Source: Microtetraspora niveoalba (GTDB lineage Bacteria; Actinomycetota; Actinomycetes; Streptosporangiales; Streptosporangiaceae). Taken from it: a stretch of 64,000 nucleotides of DNA. Position numbers and translations under genes: made by a program. Below, one piece after another: positions 8,627-17,714 of the stretch; the stretch's first letter is position 1, and each line of letters opens with the position of its first letter. The notes beneath the pieces are model-generated. The model saw nothing but the letters and a program-made list of their open reading frames with translations, did no database searches and was not told the DNA's origin. The stretch is from assembly GCF_001570405.1 (NCBI RefSeq), contig NZ_BBYM01000011.1:164910-228909 (forward strand). Direction: 5' to 3'.

Positions 8627-9717
8627 TCAGGCGGCGAGTAAGCCGGGGGTGCGGCAGAGCCAGTCGTTGAGGGTGCCGGTGAAGCCGATCGGCGGGCCGA
8701 CGCTGAGGCAGGAGCCATCGGCGGCACGGCTGCCGAGCCGTACACAGAATGGGCGTTGATCGAGATCAGGGATTCCTGAGTCTCGGGGCACATGACCATC
8801 GTGGTCGGGGATTCCTGCCCCTCGGGACACGTGGCCATCGTGGTCGGAGGTTCCTGAGCCTTGGGAGACGTGGCGATCGTGGTCGGGGATTCCTGCCCCT
8901 CGGGACACGTGGCGATCGTGGTCCGGGGTCCCGGACACTCGCGACGGACGGTGATCGAGGTCAGGCGGGCCGGAGGCGCACACAGGCGCGCCCTCGCCTG
9001 TCGTCCCTCCTATCCACAGGTGCTCGCCGATCGTGCGGCGCCTCGCCTCCGGACTCGCGGCGCTCCATGCGAGGTGCCCGGCGAGCAGGCGCCCCGCGAC
9101 GGCGCGGAGCAGGGAGACCGTGCAGAGGCCGTGCGCACAGGCGGCTCCCTCCAGCATGACCTCGGGCAGGCCGAACCGTCTGAGGCCGCGAGTCGTGACG
9201 GTGAGGCAGGTGCAGGCATCGGTCGCCGCCGGATCCCACGGCGGGCAGGAGCCCTCGGAGCCGATCTCCGTGCTCCAGCCGAGCCAGTCGTCCTCTAGCC
9301 GGAACTCCACCGGCTCCGTCTGGCACCCGGATTGATGAGGGACGATGCCGCCGGTGAGCACATCGACGATCACGCCCCGGCAGGCGTCGGCGACGCCGCG
9401 CGCCACGGCCCTGGCGACCTGCGCGGCCTCGGGCTGCTCGGCGAGGGACGCGGTGGCGGTGACCACGACATGGTGGCGGGCCCCGCGCACCGCGTCCCGT
9501 CCCTCGTCGCCGAGGCTGACCCGCCGCCATGGCGACTGGGCGGCGGGAAACACCCGCATGCCCAGCCGAGGCGTGCCGAGCGCCCGCGCGGCGGCCCTCC
9601 TGTGCGGCCCGCTCATCCGCCAGGGAACGATCGAGTCCAGCTCAGCCGGCGGGCGTTCGGCCGCGACGACGAACACCGAGGTGGTCTCGGCCGGGACGGG
9701 ATAGGTGATCTTCATGG
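8627..9717 (-). CDS. Hypothetical protein with C-terminal 13-residue tandem repeats
   Basis: The ATG (MKITYPV...) is preceded by AGGAGGA. The C-terminus carries 5 copies of PDHD(R/G)HVS(R/Q)G(A/S)GI, encoded by an in-frame 39-bp DNA repeat. Confidence 0.5.
8768..8962. repeat. 39-bp tandem direct repeat, 5 copies, in frame within the 8627-9717 ORF
   Basis: Consensus gggattcctg(a/c)cnctcgggacacgtggc(c/g)atcgtggtcg, repeated head-to-tail without spacers. Confidence 0.8.
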
Positions 9718-10117
9718 GTCCTCCTGTCGGTCCTGGGCTGTCCGGCGTGCCGTGACGCGGCGGCACGGCCTGCGGCGTGAACCCAAGCCTGGGGTCAGAG
9801 CCGGCCGTCCCGCTGCACCGAACGCCACTCTGTGGATAACCCTGCTTGTCCACACCCTGACGGCCCCTTATCCCGGCCCCCTCAGCCCTCGACGGCCGGT
9901 CACCCGCCGCCGGCTCGGCGCACCTGGCGTCACCCACCCTTCCCATCCCCGTCAACAGCCCCGAATGCCGGAGGCCGACACCCGCCGACCAGCGCGCCCG
10001 GCGTCGACGAACCCGCCCCGGGACGTGTAGGGCCCCGGCAGGCGAACCCCCGCATGCTCGATGTCCTGCTCCGCCCGTCCCCGGTCAGGCGGAGCCGCGA
10101 CAAGTACGGGCGAGCCG

Positions 10118-11356
10118 TCACCCGCCCCGTACGGCGCCGCTCAGGAGCGCGGCGGCCGAGGCGGACCACCGCCTGACCTTGGGCCCGTGCCTGCGCCACC
10201 AGGTCCGCACCCAGAGCCCCTGTACGCCCGCCAGCACCGCGACCACTATCGCCGCGTCGACGACCGCCGGCGCGTCGCCGCCGTTCAGCAGGGTGGCGAA
10301 CGCCGGCAGCGCGATGGCCGCGAGGGCGGGGATCACGATCGTCCCCGCGACCGCCAGACACACCGCCGTCCCCAGCACGAGCAGCAACGTGTACAGCCGC
10401 ACCGCCGAACGCTCACGCCGGGAGAAGCGCGCCAGCGGGCTCACGCCGCCCCTGCCCGTGAGGCGCCCGATCAGGAACCGTCCGTACGCCACGCCGTCGC
10501 CGTACAGGTTCCTGCATCCGGCGAGATCCTGGGCGACGAAGTAGAGGTCGGTCCGCATGAAGATGAGGAGTTGGAAGCTCATCGCGTCGATCTGGGTCAG
10601 CACGACGATGGAGAGGGCGGTGTGGACGCCACCGCCCGGAGGAACGACGCACAGCAGGACGAACCCGGCAGCCGCGATGGCGGCGTCCAGGGTCATGCCG
10701 GCGAGGTAGACGGTCATCCGGACGTGCTTCTCCTCGCCCCAGACGCCGGATACGTCGGTCTGCACCACGAGGAACTGCAGGCGCGATCCAAGGGTGATCC
10801 GTCCGGGCACGCCGGCGGCCCGTGCGGTGCACAGATGCGCGAGCTCGTGCAGCATGACCAGGGACCAGGTGATGGCGATCTGGGTGAGCAGCGAGACGGT
10901 GCCGAAGCGGCTCCACGCCATGACGCTCGGGCTGGGCATGATCTCGGGCCGTACGGCGAGGGCGGCCAGCCCGCAGAGGATGAGCGCCACCAGCCCGGCG
11001 CGCACCCCCGGACGCAGGGTCCAGCGGACGTGACGGGGTTTCAACCAGGGAAGCGACGGGCTTTCCCTCCCGTCGTCGCCGGTCGGCCTGCCGTCGATCT
11101 CGGCGACGAAACCCACGCCCATGAGCGCCGCCACGAAGTCGGCCACGTCGACGTCCGTCCCGGTCTCGGCGGTGAGGCGTTCCGCGACACCGTCGACGGG
11201 GCGTCCCTCGGCCAGCAGCTCGATGACCCGCTTGCCGATGTCCGGGAAGGCGACGAACTCTCCCGTCTCCACCCGTCCGACGATCCAGTCGGAGCCGTCG
11301 CGGCGCGTACGGAGCGGGTGAAGCCGCACCCGCGACGTCCCGGTCACGACGTGCAT
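10118..11356 (-). CDS. Membrane HExxH zinc-metalloprotease-like protein with N-terminal PqqD-like RiPP recognition element (RRE)
   Basis: N-terminus (WIVGRVETGEFVAFPDIGKRVIELLAEGRPVDGVAERLTAETGTDVDVADFVAALMGVGFV) matches the PqqD/RRE pattern. It is followed by about 8 TM helices and the motif HELAHLCTARAAG. Alternative GTG start at 11458. Confidence 0.7.
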   Translation of the reverse strand: MHVVTGTSRVRLHPLRTRRDGSDWIVGRVETGEFVAFPDIGKRVIELLAEGRPVDGVAERLTAETGTDVDVADFVAALMGVGFVAEIDGRPTGDDGRESPSLPWLKPRHVRWTLRPGVRAGLVALILCGLAALAVRPEIMPSPSVMAWSRFGTVSLLTQIAITWSLVMLHELAHLCTARAAGVPGRITLGSRLQFLVVQTDVSGVWGEEKHVRMTVYLAGMTLDAAIAAAGFVLLCVVPPGGGVHTALSIVVLTQIDAMSFQLLIFMRTDLYFVAQDLAGCRNLYGDGVAYGRFLIGRLTGRGGVSPLARFSRRERSAVRLYTLLLVLGTAVCLAVAGTIVIPALAAIALPAFATLLNGGDAPAVVDAAIVVAVLAGVQGLWVRTWWRRHGPKVRRWSASAAALLSGAVRGG

Positions 11357-11547
11357 ACGAGGCCCCCCGCTTCGCCTCGCCGCAACGAGATCCCCGCCAT
11401 AAGGCACATATGAGGCACCCGACTGCGCCGCGCGCGGACGACGCCTCCCTCGAAGCACACATGCGAGGAACCCCGCTTCACCACGCGGGCCCCCTCACGG
11501 CGCACCTGTACGGCCTCCCGTTCCACCGTGTGGAAAGGGCGTGCCGG

Positions 11548-12657
11548 TCACACCGCGCATGTGCGACATCCGGCTTCGCCTCGGGGGAACTCGGCATATA
11601 TCGGCTGCTGCGGGGCGATGAGGTTGGTGCCCTGGATGAAACCGGCGATGATCGCGGGGACGCCGGTGATGACGCGGAGAACGCCGTGGGCGACCAGGTT
11701 GCCGCACAGTCCCGCCGACGTGGCGATCGCGCCGCCCCCTCCGAGATCGACCGGACGGTTCGGGGCGCCGGTCCGCCGGTCCCCGGGCGGGATCCGCTTC
11801 CGGTCCTCGATGCGCTGCATGCACTCGTAGCAGGCTCCGCGTCCCGGAACGAAGACACCGGTGGTGACGAGCGGCCCGCTGTAGCCACCGCCCACCCACG
11901 GGATCCCGGCGTCGAAGCAGGCCCGGCTGGCCCACACCCGGATGCCGTCCTCTCCCTTGGGCTCGTCGGCGCACAGGGCCAGCACGTCGAACCCCGGCAG
12001 CAGGTCGGCCAGCTCATGCTCGCTCCGGACGCGCGACGAGGCGCCGGTCACCTCGATGTCGGAGTTCAGTGCTTTCAGCCTCTCCACGGCGGCGTCCACC
12101 TTGGGACGGCCGACGTCCTCCTCGGCGTAGAGGAGCTGCCGGTTGAGGTTGGACAGTTCGACCCGGTCGTCGTCCACCAGGTGCAGGACACCCACCCCGG
12201 ACGCCGCGAGGGCCAGCGCGGTCGACGCGCCCGCGCCGCCCACGCCGATCAGCAGGACCCGCGACCGGCGCAACCTGAGCTGGGCGTCCCAGCCGTGCTC
12301 GCGCGGCGTGAGGTCCACCCACCGGAAGAAGGCGTGACCGCGGCTGTAACGGTCGCGCTCCCGCCTGCTGAGCTCGGGGGCCTCCGTCGCCCCGGCGTCC
12401 TCGATGTGGCCGGTGCCGACGAGCTGGGCGACTATCGCGACCGCGTCGTGCCGGGTCAGTTCCGGAAATCCCGACCGCACCACTTCGGCGACGTCGGCGC
12501 ACGTACGCGTGCCGTTCATCGCCTCGAGAGCCGTCCACACCCAGCCGTGTGGGTCGTCGATTTCGTGGGCCAGCCCGTAGATGTCGCCTCCGATGCGTAT
12601 CCGGCCGTCGTCGAGGCGATAGGCCGCGTGCTCGGGCTTTATTCTCGGCAACCGCAA
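11548..12657 (-). CDS. MccB/PaaA-like E1 (ThiF/MoeB family) adenylyltransferase with N-terminal RRE/peptide-clamp domain
   Basis: Rossmann motif LLIGVGGAGASTALALAASGVGVLHLVDDDRVELSNLNRQ and an RYSR motif. Two CxxC pairs (CYEC and a C-terminal CRTC) fit a zinc tetrathiolate. About 90 aa of PqqD-like N-terminal domain. TTG start with GGAGG upstream; the ORF could extend to 12762. Confidence 0.8.
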   Translation of the reverse strand: MRLPRIKPEHAAYRLDDGRIRIGGDIYGLAHEIDDPHGWVWTALEAMNGTRTCADVAEVVRSGFPELTRHDAVAIVAQLVGTGHIEDAGATEAPELSRRERDRYSRGHAFFRWVDLTPREHGWDAQLRLRRSRVLLIGVGGAGASTALALAASGVGVLHLVDDDRVELSNLNRQLLYAEEDVGRPKVDAAVERLKALNSDIEVTGASSRVRSEHELADLLPGFDVLALCADEPKGEDGIRVWASRACFDAGIPWVGGGYSGPLVTTGVFVPGRGACYECMQRIEDRKRIPPGDRRTGAPNRPVDLGGGGAIATSAGLCGNLVAHGVLRVITGVPAIIAGFIQGTNLIAPQQPIYAEFPRGEAGCRTCAV

Positions 12658-13014
12658 TCGGGCCTCCGGTAAAGATGGGAATCCCCCCGACCATTTCTCC
12701 CCCGTTTCGCTTCCATGTCTCTTGCGTTTCGTTTCCGCATCTCTTCGGCACCCCTTCCGCACGCTTTCCCCACCGGCCCCTGCTGTTTTCCGCGCCGTTT
12801 CCGCGGCGCGCTCGTACGCCGTCCTCCATCGGACACGGGAGGGCCGGGGCGGACGGAAGGCGGGTAAAGGCGCCGGAGGCGGCGGAAACCAGAGAAGGGG
12901 GCGGCGGGAGACGCGGTGAGGGGCGAAGACGTGGGCCCGGACCCGGGAAACGCGCAGAGCCGCGATCGGGCGCCGCGATGGCCTCCGCTCGTGGCTCCGG
13001 CCGCGCCGGGGAAT

Positions 13015-13184
13015 CAGTTACCGGTGGAGTTGCTCAGCCGCTCGGTCGTTTCGAGCCGGTCGAGCCTGCGAATCTCGATCTTGACCGCTCCTTCGGCGGA
13101 CCCGTTTTCCGCGGGCTTGTTCTCGTCGAGGTCCCTGAGTTCGCTCACGAGCTTCCTCTTTTCATCGGTTCGCCGCATTGACAT
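13015..13184 (-). CDS. Putative RiPP precursor peptide (56 aa, C-terminal Asn), candidate MccA-like substrate
   Basis: Unannotated small ORF, below the 60-aa cutoff of the ORF track. It encodes MSMRRTDEKRKLVSELRDLDENKPAENGSAEGAVKIEIRRLDRLETTERLSNSTGN. GC3 is about 80%. It sits immediately upstream of the MccB-like gene on the same strand and opens directly after an in-frame TGA. Local GC content dips at this position. Confidence 0.4.
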
Positions 13185-13277
13185 TGGCGACCAATTGGCA
13201 GTTGTCGCGGTTGTCAGGTTAGATCATCGGCAACCCGAGGGAAAGGTGTGATTTTCCAGGGGATTGCGAACCGCATG

Positions 13278-14570
13278 TCAGGGTGCTTTCAGCGACGTCG
13301 GCGCCTCCTCCGCCGCCGCCCGGTCCCGCCCCACCGGGGCGACGCCGCTGTGGAAACGCGTCATTCCGCGGAAAAAGAGGGCGGCGAGCGGAACGGCGAA
13401 ACCGCCGATCGTGCCGATCACCAGCAGTGCCGACCGGCCGATCGCCGTACTGACCGGGCCGGTCAGCGCGAGCCCGAGGGGCATCATCACCGAGGAGGCC
13501 AGCCAGTCGACGGATGTGACCCGGGCGAGCCGTTCCGGAGGGATCTCCCGCTGCAGATTCATGACCCACTGCACCGCGAAGATCTCCAGTCCCAGCCCGG
13601 CGACGATGTAGCAGCCGTACAGAAATCCGGACGACACGGGCCAACTGAGCGCGAGCGGCACGGCACCGTACAGCGCGAGGCCGATGACACCGGTCAGCCC
13701 GGCCCGGCCGGGTTTCCATTTCATGCTGATGAGTCCGCCGGCCAGGCCCCCGACCGAGAGCAGGGCGAGCGCGGTCCCGTACACGGCGTCGCCGCCGAAC
13801 GTGTCGCGCGAGATGAGGGGCAGCAGGACCTGCGCCGGCGCGACAGTGAGCATCAACTGGAGTGCGACGGCGATGATGACGCCGGTCACCCACGGCCGCC
13901 GCCACACTTCGGAGAGGCCGTCCGCGATCTCCCGTACGGCCGATGCCCGCGGGGCGGCGGCGACCGCCGGTTCGCGCAGCGGCAGGAGCAGGACGAGGCC
14001 GAGCATGTAGGCCGCCAGCACGGCGAGGAACCCGATCCGGGGCGACCAGACGGTCACCACGTACGCGCCGAGGCCCGGTCCGACGATCGCGCCGATCCGC
14101 CAGGAGACCGCGCCCATCGCCACGCCGGCAGCGCGCTGGTCCGGGGTGAGCACGGACGACAGGCAGGCCTGGTACGCGGGCCGGTGGAACGCCTCCGCCG
14201 CCCCCACCAGGAAGACCAGGAACGCGAGGAGCAACGCGGGGGCGTCGCCGCGCAACCCCACGGCGACCACGCAGCACTGGAAGCCAAGGGAGACGATCAT
14301 CACCGTTCTGCGGGGCAGCCGGTCCGCCCACAATCCTCCGAGCAAGGCGAAAAGGACGAGCGCGATCCACCGTCCGGTGAATATCGCCCCCACGGTCGAC
14401 GCGGTCCCGCCCGAGTTGAGTGCGGCGATGGTCACCGTGACCGGGAAGATCTGGTCGGCCGCGACCGACATCGTGAAACTGAGCCACAACAGACGGAACT
14501 CGCGATTTCGCACCAGGGATCCGTCGGCGGGACGGGCCGAACGAATGAGGTTTCGCAAACGAGTGCGCAT
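13278..14570 (-). CDS. MFS transporter (possible exporter or immunity pump of the adjacent cluster)
   Basis: 430 aa, 12 predicted TM helices, N-terminal FRLLWLS motif typical of MFS. Same strand, and 93 nt upstream of the small ORF. Confidence 0.85.
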   Translation of the reverse strand: MRTRLRNLIRSARPADGSLVRNREFRLLWLSFTMSVAADQIFPVTVTIAALNSGGTASTVGAIFTGRWIALVLFALLGGLWADRLPRRTVMIVSLGFQCCVVAVGLRGDAPALLLAFLVFLVGAAEAFHRPAYQACLSSVLTPDQRAAGVAMGAVSWRIGAIVGPGLGAYVVTVWSPRIGFLAVLAAYMLGLVLLLPLREPAVAAAPRASAVREIADGLSEVWRRPWVTGVIIAVALQLMLTVAPAQVLLPLISRDTFGGDAVYGTALALLSVGGLAGGLISMKWKPGRAGLTGVIGLALYGAVPLALSWPVSSGFLYGCYIVAGLGLEIFAVQWVMNLQREIPPERLARVTSVDWLASSVMMPLGLALTGPVSTAIGRSALLVIGTIGGFAVPLAALFFRGMTRFHSGVAPVGRDRAAAEEAPTSLKAP

Positions 14571-14819
14571 GTCACGAAATCATCCCTGCCAGGGTGAATC
14601 GTGCAAGAGATGAGATCTGTCACCTGCGTCCCAAACACGAGGATTTCCCCGATTGTCGAGCGATACCGCCCTTCCCGGAAGAGGACCCCTTCCCCACCCG
14701 GCGCCGCACCCGAAACCGTCCTTTTCGGCCCGGCACCGCCCCTGCGCCGCCCCGCCCTGCGAAGCTCCACCACCCTTTCCGGCATGGTGGCGCCCCTCGC
14801 GCTTTCACGCGAATGTCCG

Positions 14820-14844
14820 GAGTCCGGGCGCCCCTTCCGGACTC
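14820..14844 (-). terminator. Stem-loop terminator abutting the lysoplasmalogenase stop codon
   Basis: gagtccgg-(9 nt)-ccggactc, a perfect 8-bp stem. No U-tail, as is common in actinomycete terminators. Confidence 0.5.
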
Positions 14845-15636
14845 TCAGAAACCGGTGATCGTGCTTCTCCGGCGCACGATCGCGGAGGCGAGGAGATACT
14901 GGCCGACGATATAGGTCGCCATGATGGCGAATCCCCGGTACGGGAAATCGAGGTCGGCGATTCCGAACGCGATGAGCGTGTCCGACAGGAAGAACAACGC
15001 GCCGCCCACCCCGGCGCGCAGGCCGTACCAGGACGAGGTGATCGCGGTGGCGGTGAGCACCAGCGAGTACGCGGCGACCGGCACCTGAAGCGCGCCGAGC
15101 CCGGGCCAGAGCGCGGCGACGAGGACGACCCACACCACCCCGTAGACGGCCACTGCCACCCACGGGCCGCCCGCCCGCCGGCCGCGCACCTCACCCGGGT
15201 CCGCGGCTCCGCCGACGGCCGCGCTCCCCGCGTCGCCTCCCGTTCCGGTCGCACCCGCGCCGACCTGCCCGGCCGCGGCGAGGGTCCGGAAGGCGGGCCG
15301 CTCCCGTACGAAGAAGGTGATGTAACAGACGTGCGCGACGGCGAAGAACCCCATGCCGGGGACGAACATCCCGTCGATCTCCAGCGCGATGTCCCCGGCG
15401 GCCGAGGCCAGGAGGGCGGCCACGATGATCCCGGGGCCGCGCCGGGCGAGCACCCAGAGCGCGAGAAGGGGCATCAGCAGGGCCTTGCTCACCGGGTCGA
15501 GCAGGCCGGGCTCGGTGAGCACCGCCACCAGGTGGACCACCGAGCACGCCCAGAAGGCGATCAGCACCGGCCCGGCGAACCTCGCCGGAGCGCCGGGTAC
15601 GCGGTCTGACTGAACGGCATTCGGTGACTGGTCCAT
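14845..15636 (-). CDS. Lysoplasmalogenase (YhhN/TMEM86) family membrane protein
   Basis: 263 aa, polytopic, with YhhN-like hydrophobic pattern. Confidence 0.7.
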   Translation of the reverse strand: MDQSPNAVQSDRVPGAPARFAGPVLIAFWACSVVHLVAVLTEPGLLDPVSKALLMPLLALWVLARRGPGIIVAALLASAAGDIALEIDGMFVPGMGFFAVAHVCYITFFVRERPAFRTLAAAGQVGAGATGTGGDAGSAAVGGAADPGEVRGRRAGGPWVAVAVYGVVWVVLVAALWPGLGALQVPVAAYSLVLTATAITSSWYGLRAGVGGALFFLSDTLIAFGIADLDFPYRGFAIMATYIVGQYLLASAIVRRRSTITGF

Positions 15637-15904
15637 GCCCGGGATCCTAGTGAGCGGGTCTCACGTTAATAAGGCTCCCGAAGCCCGTCTTCGCCCCCTG
15701 AAACGGGTGGCGGCAGCCGGACGGTCACCGACGGCGGAGGAATGGACGACCTGTGATCTCCGCGCGACCGCACCGGCAAGCGACGCCGACGCTTCGTGCG
15801 GCCCAGCTCATCGGGAAGGCCGGCGCTTCACGCGGCCCAGCTCATCCGCAAAACCGGCGCTTCACCCGGCTCAGCTCATCCAGAGAACCGGCGCTTCACC
15901 CGGC

Positions 15905-17713
15905 TCAGCTCATCCGGAAGACCGGGCCGCGCGGGCGGAACGGGAGGTGGGCCGCGGCGGGGATCAGGAACGCGTGCTCCCTGCGGATCCGCACCACATC
16001 GCACGCGCCGTCCGTGATCACCAGGATCGGCCCCTCCGGCGGGAAGTCGTCGGCCCGCTCCAGCAGGTCGATCCCGGGCTGCAGGACCGTGCCGCCCCGG
16101 CCTCGTACGCGGACCTTCGCGGCGATGTCCTCCACCGCCAGATATCCGGCGTCGTACGCGGCGGCGTCGCAGAACACCACGCGGGCGCGCGGCACGTCCC
16201 TGGCGAGGGCGTAGGACGCGATGGCGCCCAGGGCCTTGCCGAGCAGCTTCACGTCCATCGAGCCGGACGTGTCGAGCACGACGCCGAAGGTCGCCTGCCG
16301 TACGACCTCCTCGGGGCGGACCCAGCCGGGGCGCGGGATGTCGGGCGTGGCGGACTGCCGCCGGGACGCCCGGCCGTAGGAACGGCGCCGCTCGACCGCG
16401 GGCACGTGTTCCTCGAACCAGCGCGCGAGCGCGGCGTCCCACGGCAGCGGGGGCTGGTCGAGCGCCCGGATCTCCTCTTCGAGCCCGGCGGGGACGTCGC
16501 CGCGCCCGCTGGTGCGGTGGTAGACGAGGCCGCTCGCGAGCGCGTTCCGGTAGTAGTCGTCGAGGTCGACGTACCGGCCGGGCGCCCCGGGGCGCGGCAG
16601 CGGCTCGCCGAGCACGTCGCCGACCCCGCGCCCGCGCAGGGTCGCGAGCTTGCGCAGGCGGCGCAGGTCTCCGGCGATCCGGTCGTAGACGGCCTCTCCG
16701 GACAGTCCCTTGAGCGCGGGGTCGTACAGCAGGCCCTCGGGCATCGTCCCGACGCCCATCTCGACCAGCCAGCCGTTGACGATGTAGTCGCAGGCGACGT
16801 TCCACAGGTACGGGTCGCGCCACCCGGCGCGGTCGCCGTGGCGCAGCGCGGCGTGCAGCATCTCGTGGGCCAGCACGAAGCGCCACTCGTCCGTCGTCAT
16901 CGAGCGCAGCGGGTTGACGTAGATCTCGGCGGCCTGGGCGTTGACGGCGGCCACGGAGATGTTCCAGGCGCGGGCGAGGTCGGCGTCCGCGACGATCGTC
17001 ATGCCGGTCGCGAGCGCGCCCAGCAGCGGGTACGACGACACGAACCAGCCCAGCGCGAGGTCCCACGGTTTCTTGACGCCGCCACCCCCGGAGCCCCGGC
17101 CGCCCGCGGCGTCGATGGCCCAGTACGCGGCGGCCGAGATCCCGATCGCGAACGACCGCTGGAAGTCCACCCGCTTGGCGACGTCCTCCGACCCCACGAA
17201 GAAGTCCGGATATTTCGTGGTCTGAAACTCGGCGGGCACCCCCGTCATCCGCCACCGGGCGGCCAGTGCCCGCTCGTCCTCCTGGGGGAACGGCGGTGGC
17301 GTCTCGGGCGGGCGGCCGATCTTCAAGGTGTGCAGGAACCGGTCGACGGCCACGCAGCACGCGGCGCGGTAGGCGGCCAGGGGCGCCCGTCGCACCTCGG
17401 GCGAGTGCGGGATCTCGTCCCGCCCGAGGTCCTCCTCCCCTGCGGTACGCGGGTCGAGGTGGCCGAACCCGGCGTGCAGCAGGCAGTGGGCGAACACCCA
17501 GGCCCACTCGAGCGGGTCCCCGCGCCGCTTCGGGTGGTGGTACACGCTGCCGCCCGCCGTGATGTACGCCCAGCCGTCGCTCGGCAGCCGGCCGTCGGGG
17601 GCCTCGTAGAGGTATCCGCCCAGCGACTGGAACAGCGGGTGCGCCCGCACCAGGGCCCACCCAGCGTGGACGGCCTCGCGCCACGGATCGGCCTTCCGCT
17701 TGCGCCGCGACAT
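15905..17713 (-). CDS. VWA domain protein with N-terminal DUF2201-type putative metallopeptidase domain (MoxR partner)
   Basis: HEMLHAALRH motif in the N-terminal domain, and a C-terminal VWA with MIDAS-like VLDTSGSM. ATG lies 1 nt after the MoxR stop. Confidence 0.85.
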   Translation of the reverse strand: MSRRKRKADPWREAVHAGWALVRAHPLFQSLGGYLYEAPDGRLPSDGWAYITAGGSVYHHPKRRGDPLEWAWVFAHCLLHAGFGHLDPRTAGEEDLGRDEIPHSPEVRRAPLAAYRAACCVAVDRFLHTLKIGRPPETPPPFPQEDERALAARWRMTGVPAEFQTTKYPDFFVGSEDVAKRVDFQRSFAIGISAAAYWAIDAAGGRGSGGGGVKKPWDLALGWFVSSYPLLGALATGMTIVADADLARAWNISVAAVNAQAAEIYVNPLRSMTTDEWRFVLAHEMLHAALRHGDRAGWRDPYLWNVACDYIVNGWLVEMGVGTMPEGLLYDPALKGLSGEAVYDRIAGDLRRLRKLATLRGRGVGDVLGEPLPRPGAPGRYVDLDDYYRNALASGLVYHRTSGRGDVPAGLEEEIRALDQPPLPWDAALARWFEEHVPAVERRRSYGRASRRQSATPDIPRPGWVRPEEVVRQATFGVVLDTSGSMDVKLLGKALGAIASYALARDVPRARVVFCDAAAYDAGYLAVEDIAAKVRVRGRGGTVLQPGIDLLERADDFPPEGPILVITDGACDVVRIRREHAFLIPAAAHLPFRPRGPVFRMS

Positions 17714-17714
17714 G

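Noticed and set aside
8768-8962. Possible CRISPR array
   Set aside because: The repeats are directly head-to-tail with no spacers. They are in frame within an ORF, and no cas genes are nearby. This is a coding tandem repeat, not CRISPR.
11548-12762. Interpretation of the E1-like enzyme as a YcaO-partner (TOMM C-protein) or a sulfur-carrier activator (MoeZ/ThiF)
   Set aside because: No YcaO, dehydrogenase or sulfur-carrier (ThiS/MoaD/CysO) gene is nearby. The GxGxxG motif is intact, so the adenylation domain looks active, whereas TOMM C-proteins are usually degenerate there. An N-terminal RRE, combined with an adjacent small ORF ending in Asn, favours an MccB/PaaA-type peptide adenylyltransferase. 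This remains an inference.
12549-13251. Plus-strand ORFs 12549-13181 and 12916-13251 overlapping the putative precursor region
   Set aside because: Their translations are low-complexity and Arg/Gly-rich, with no supporting features. The minus-strand small ORF, with its C-terminal Asn and position 5' of the E1 gene, explains the region better.
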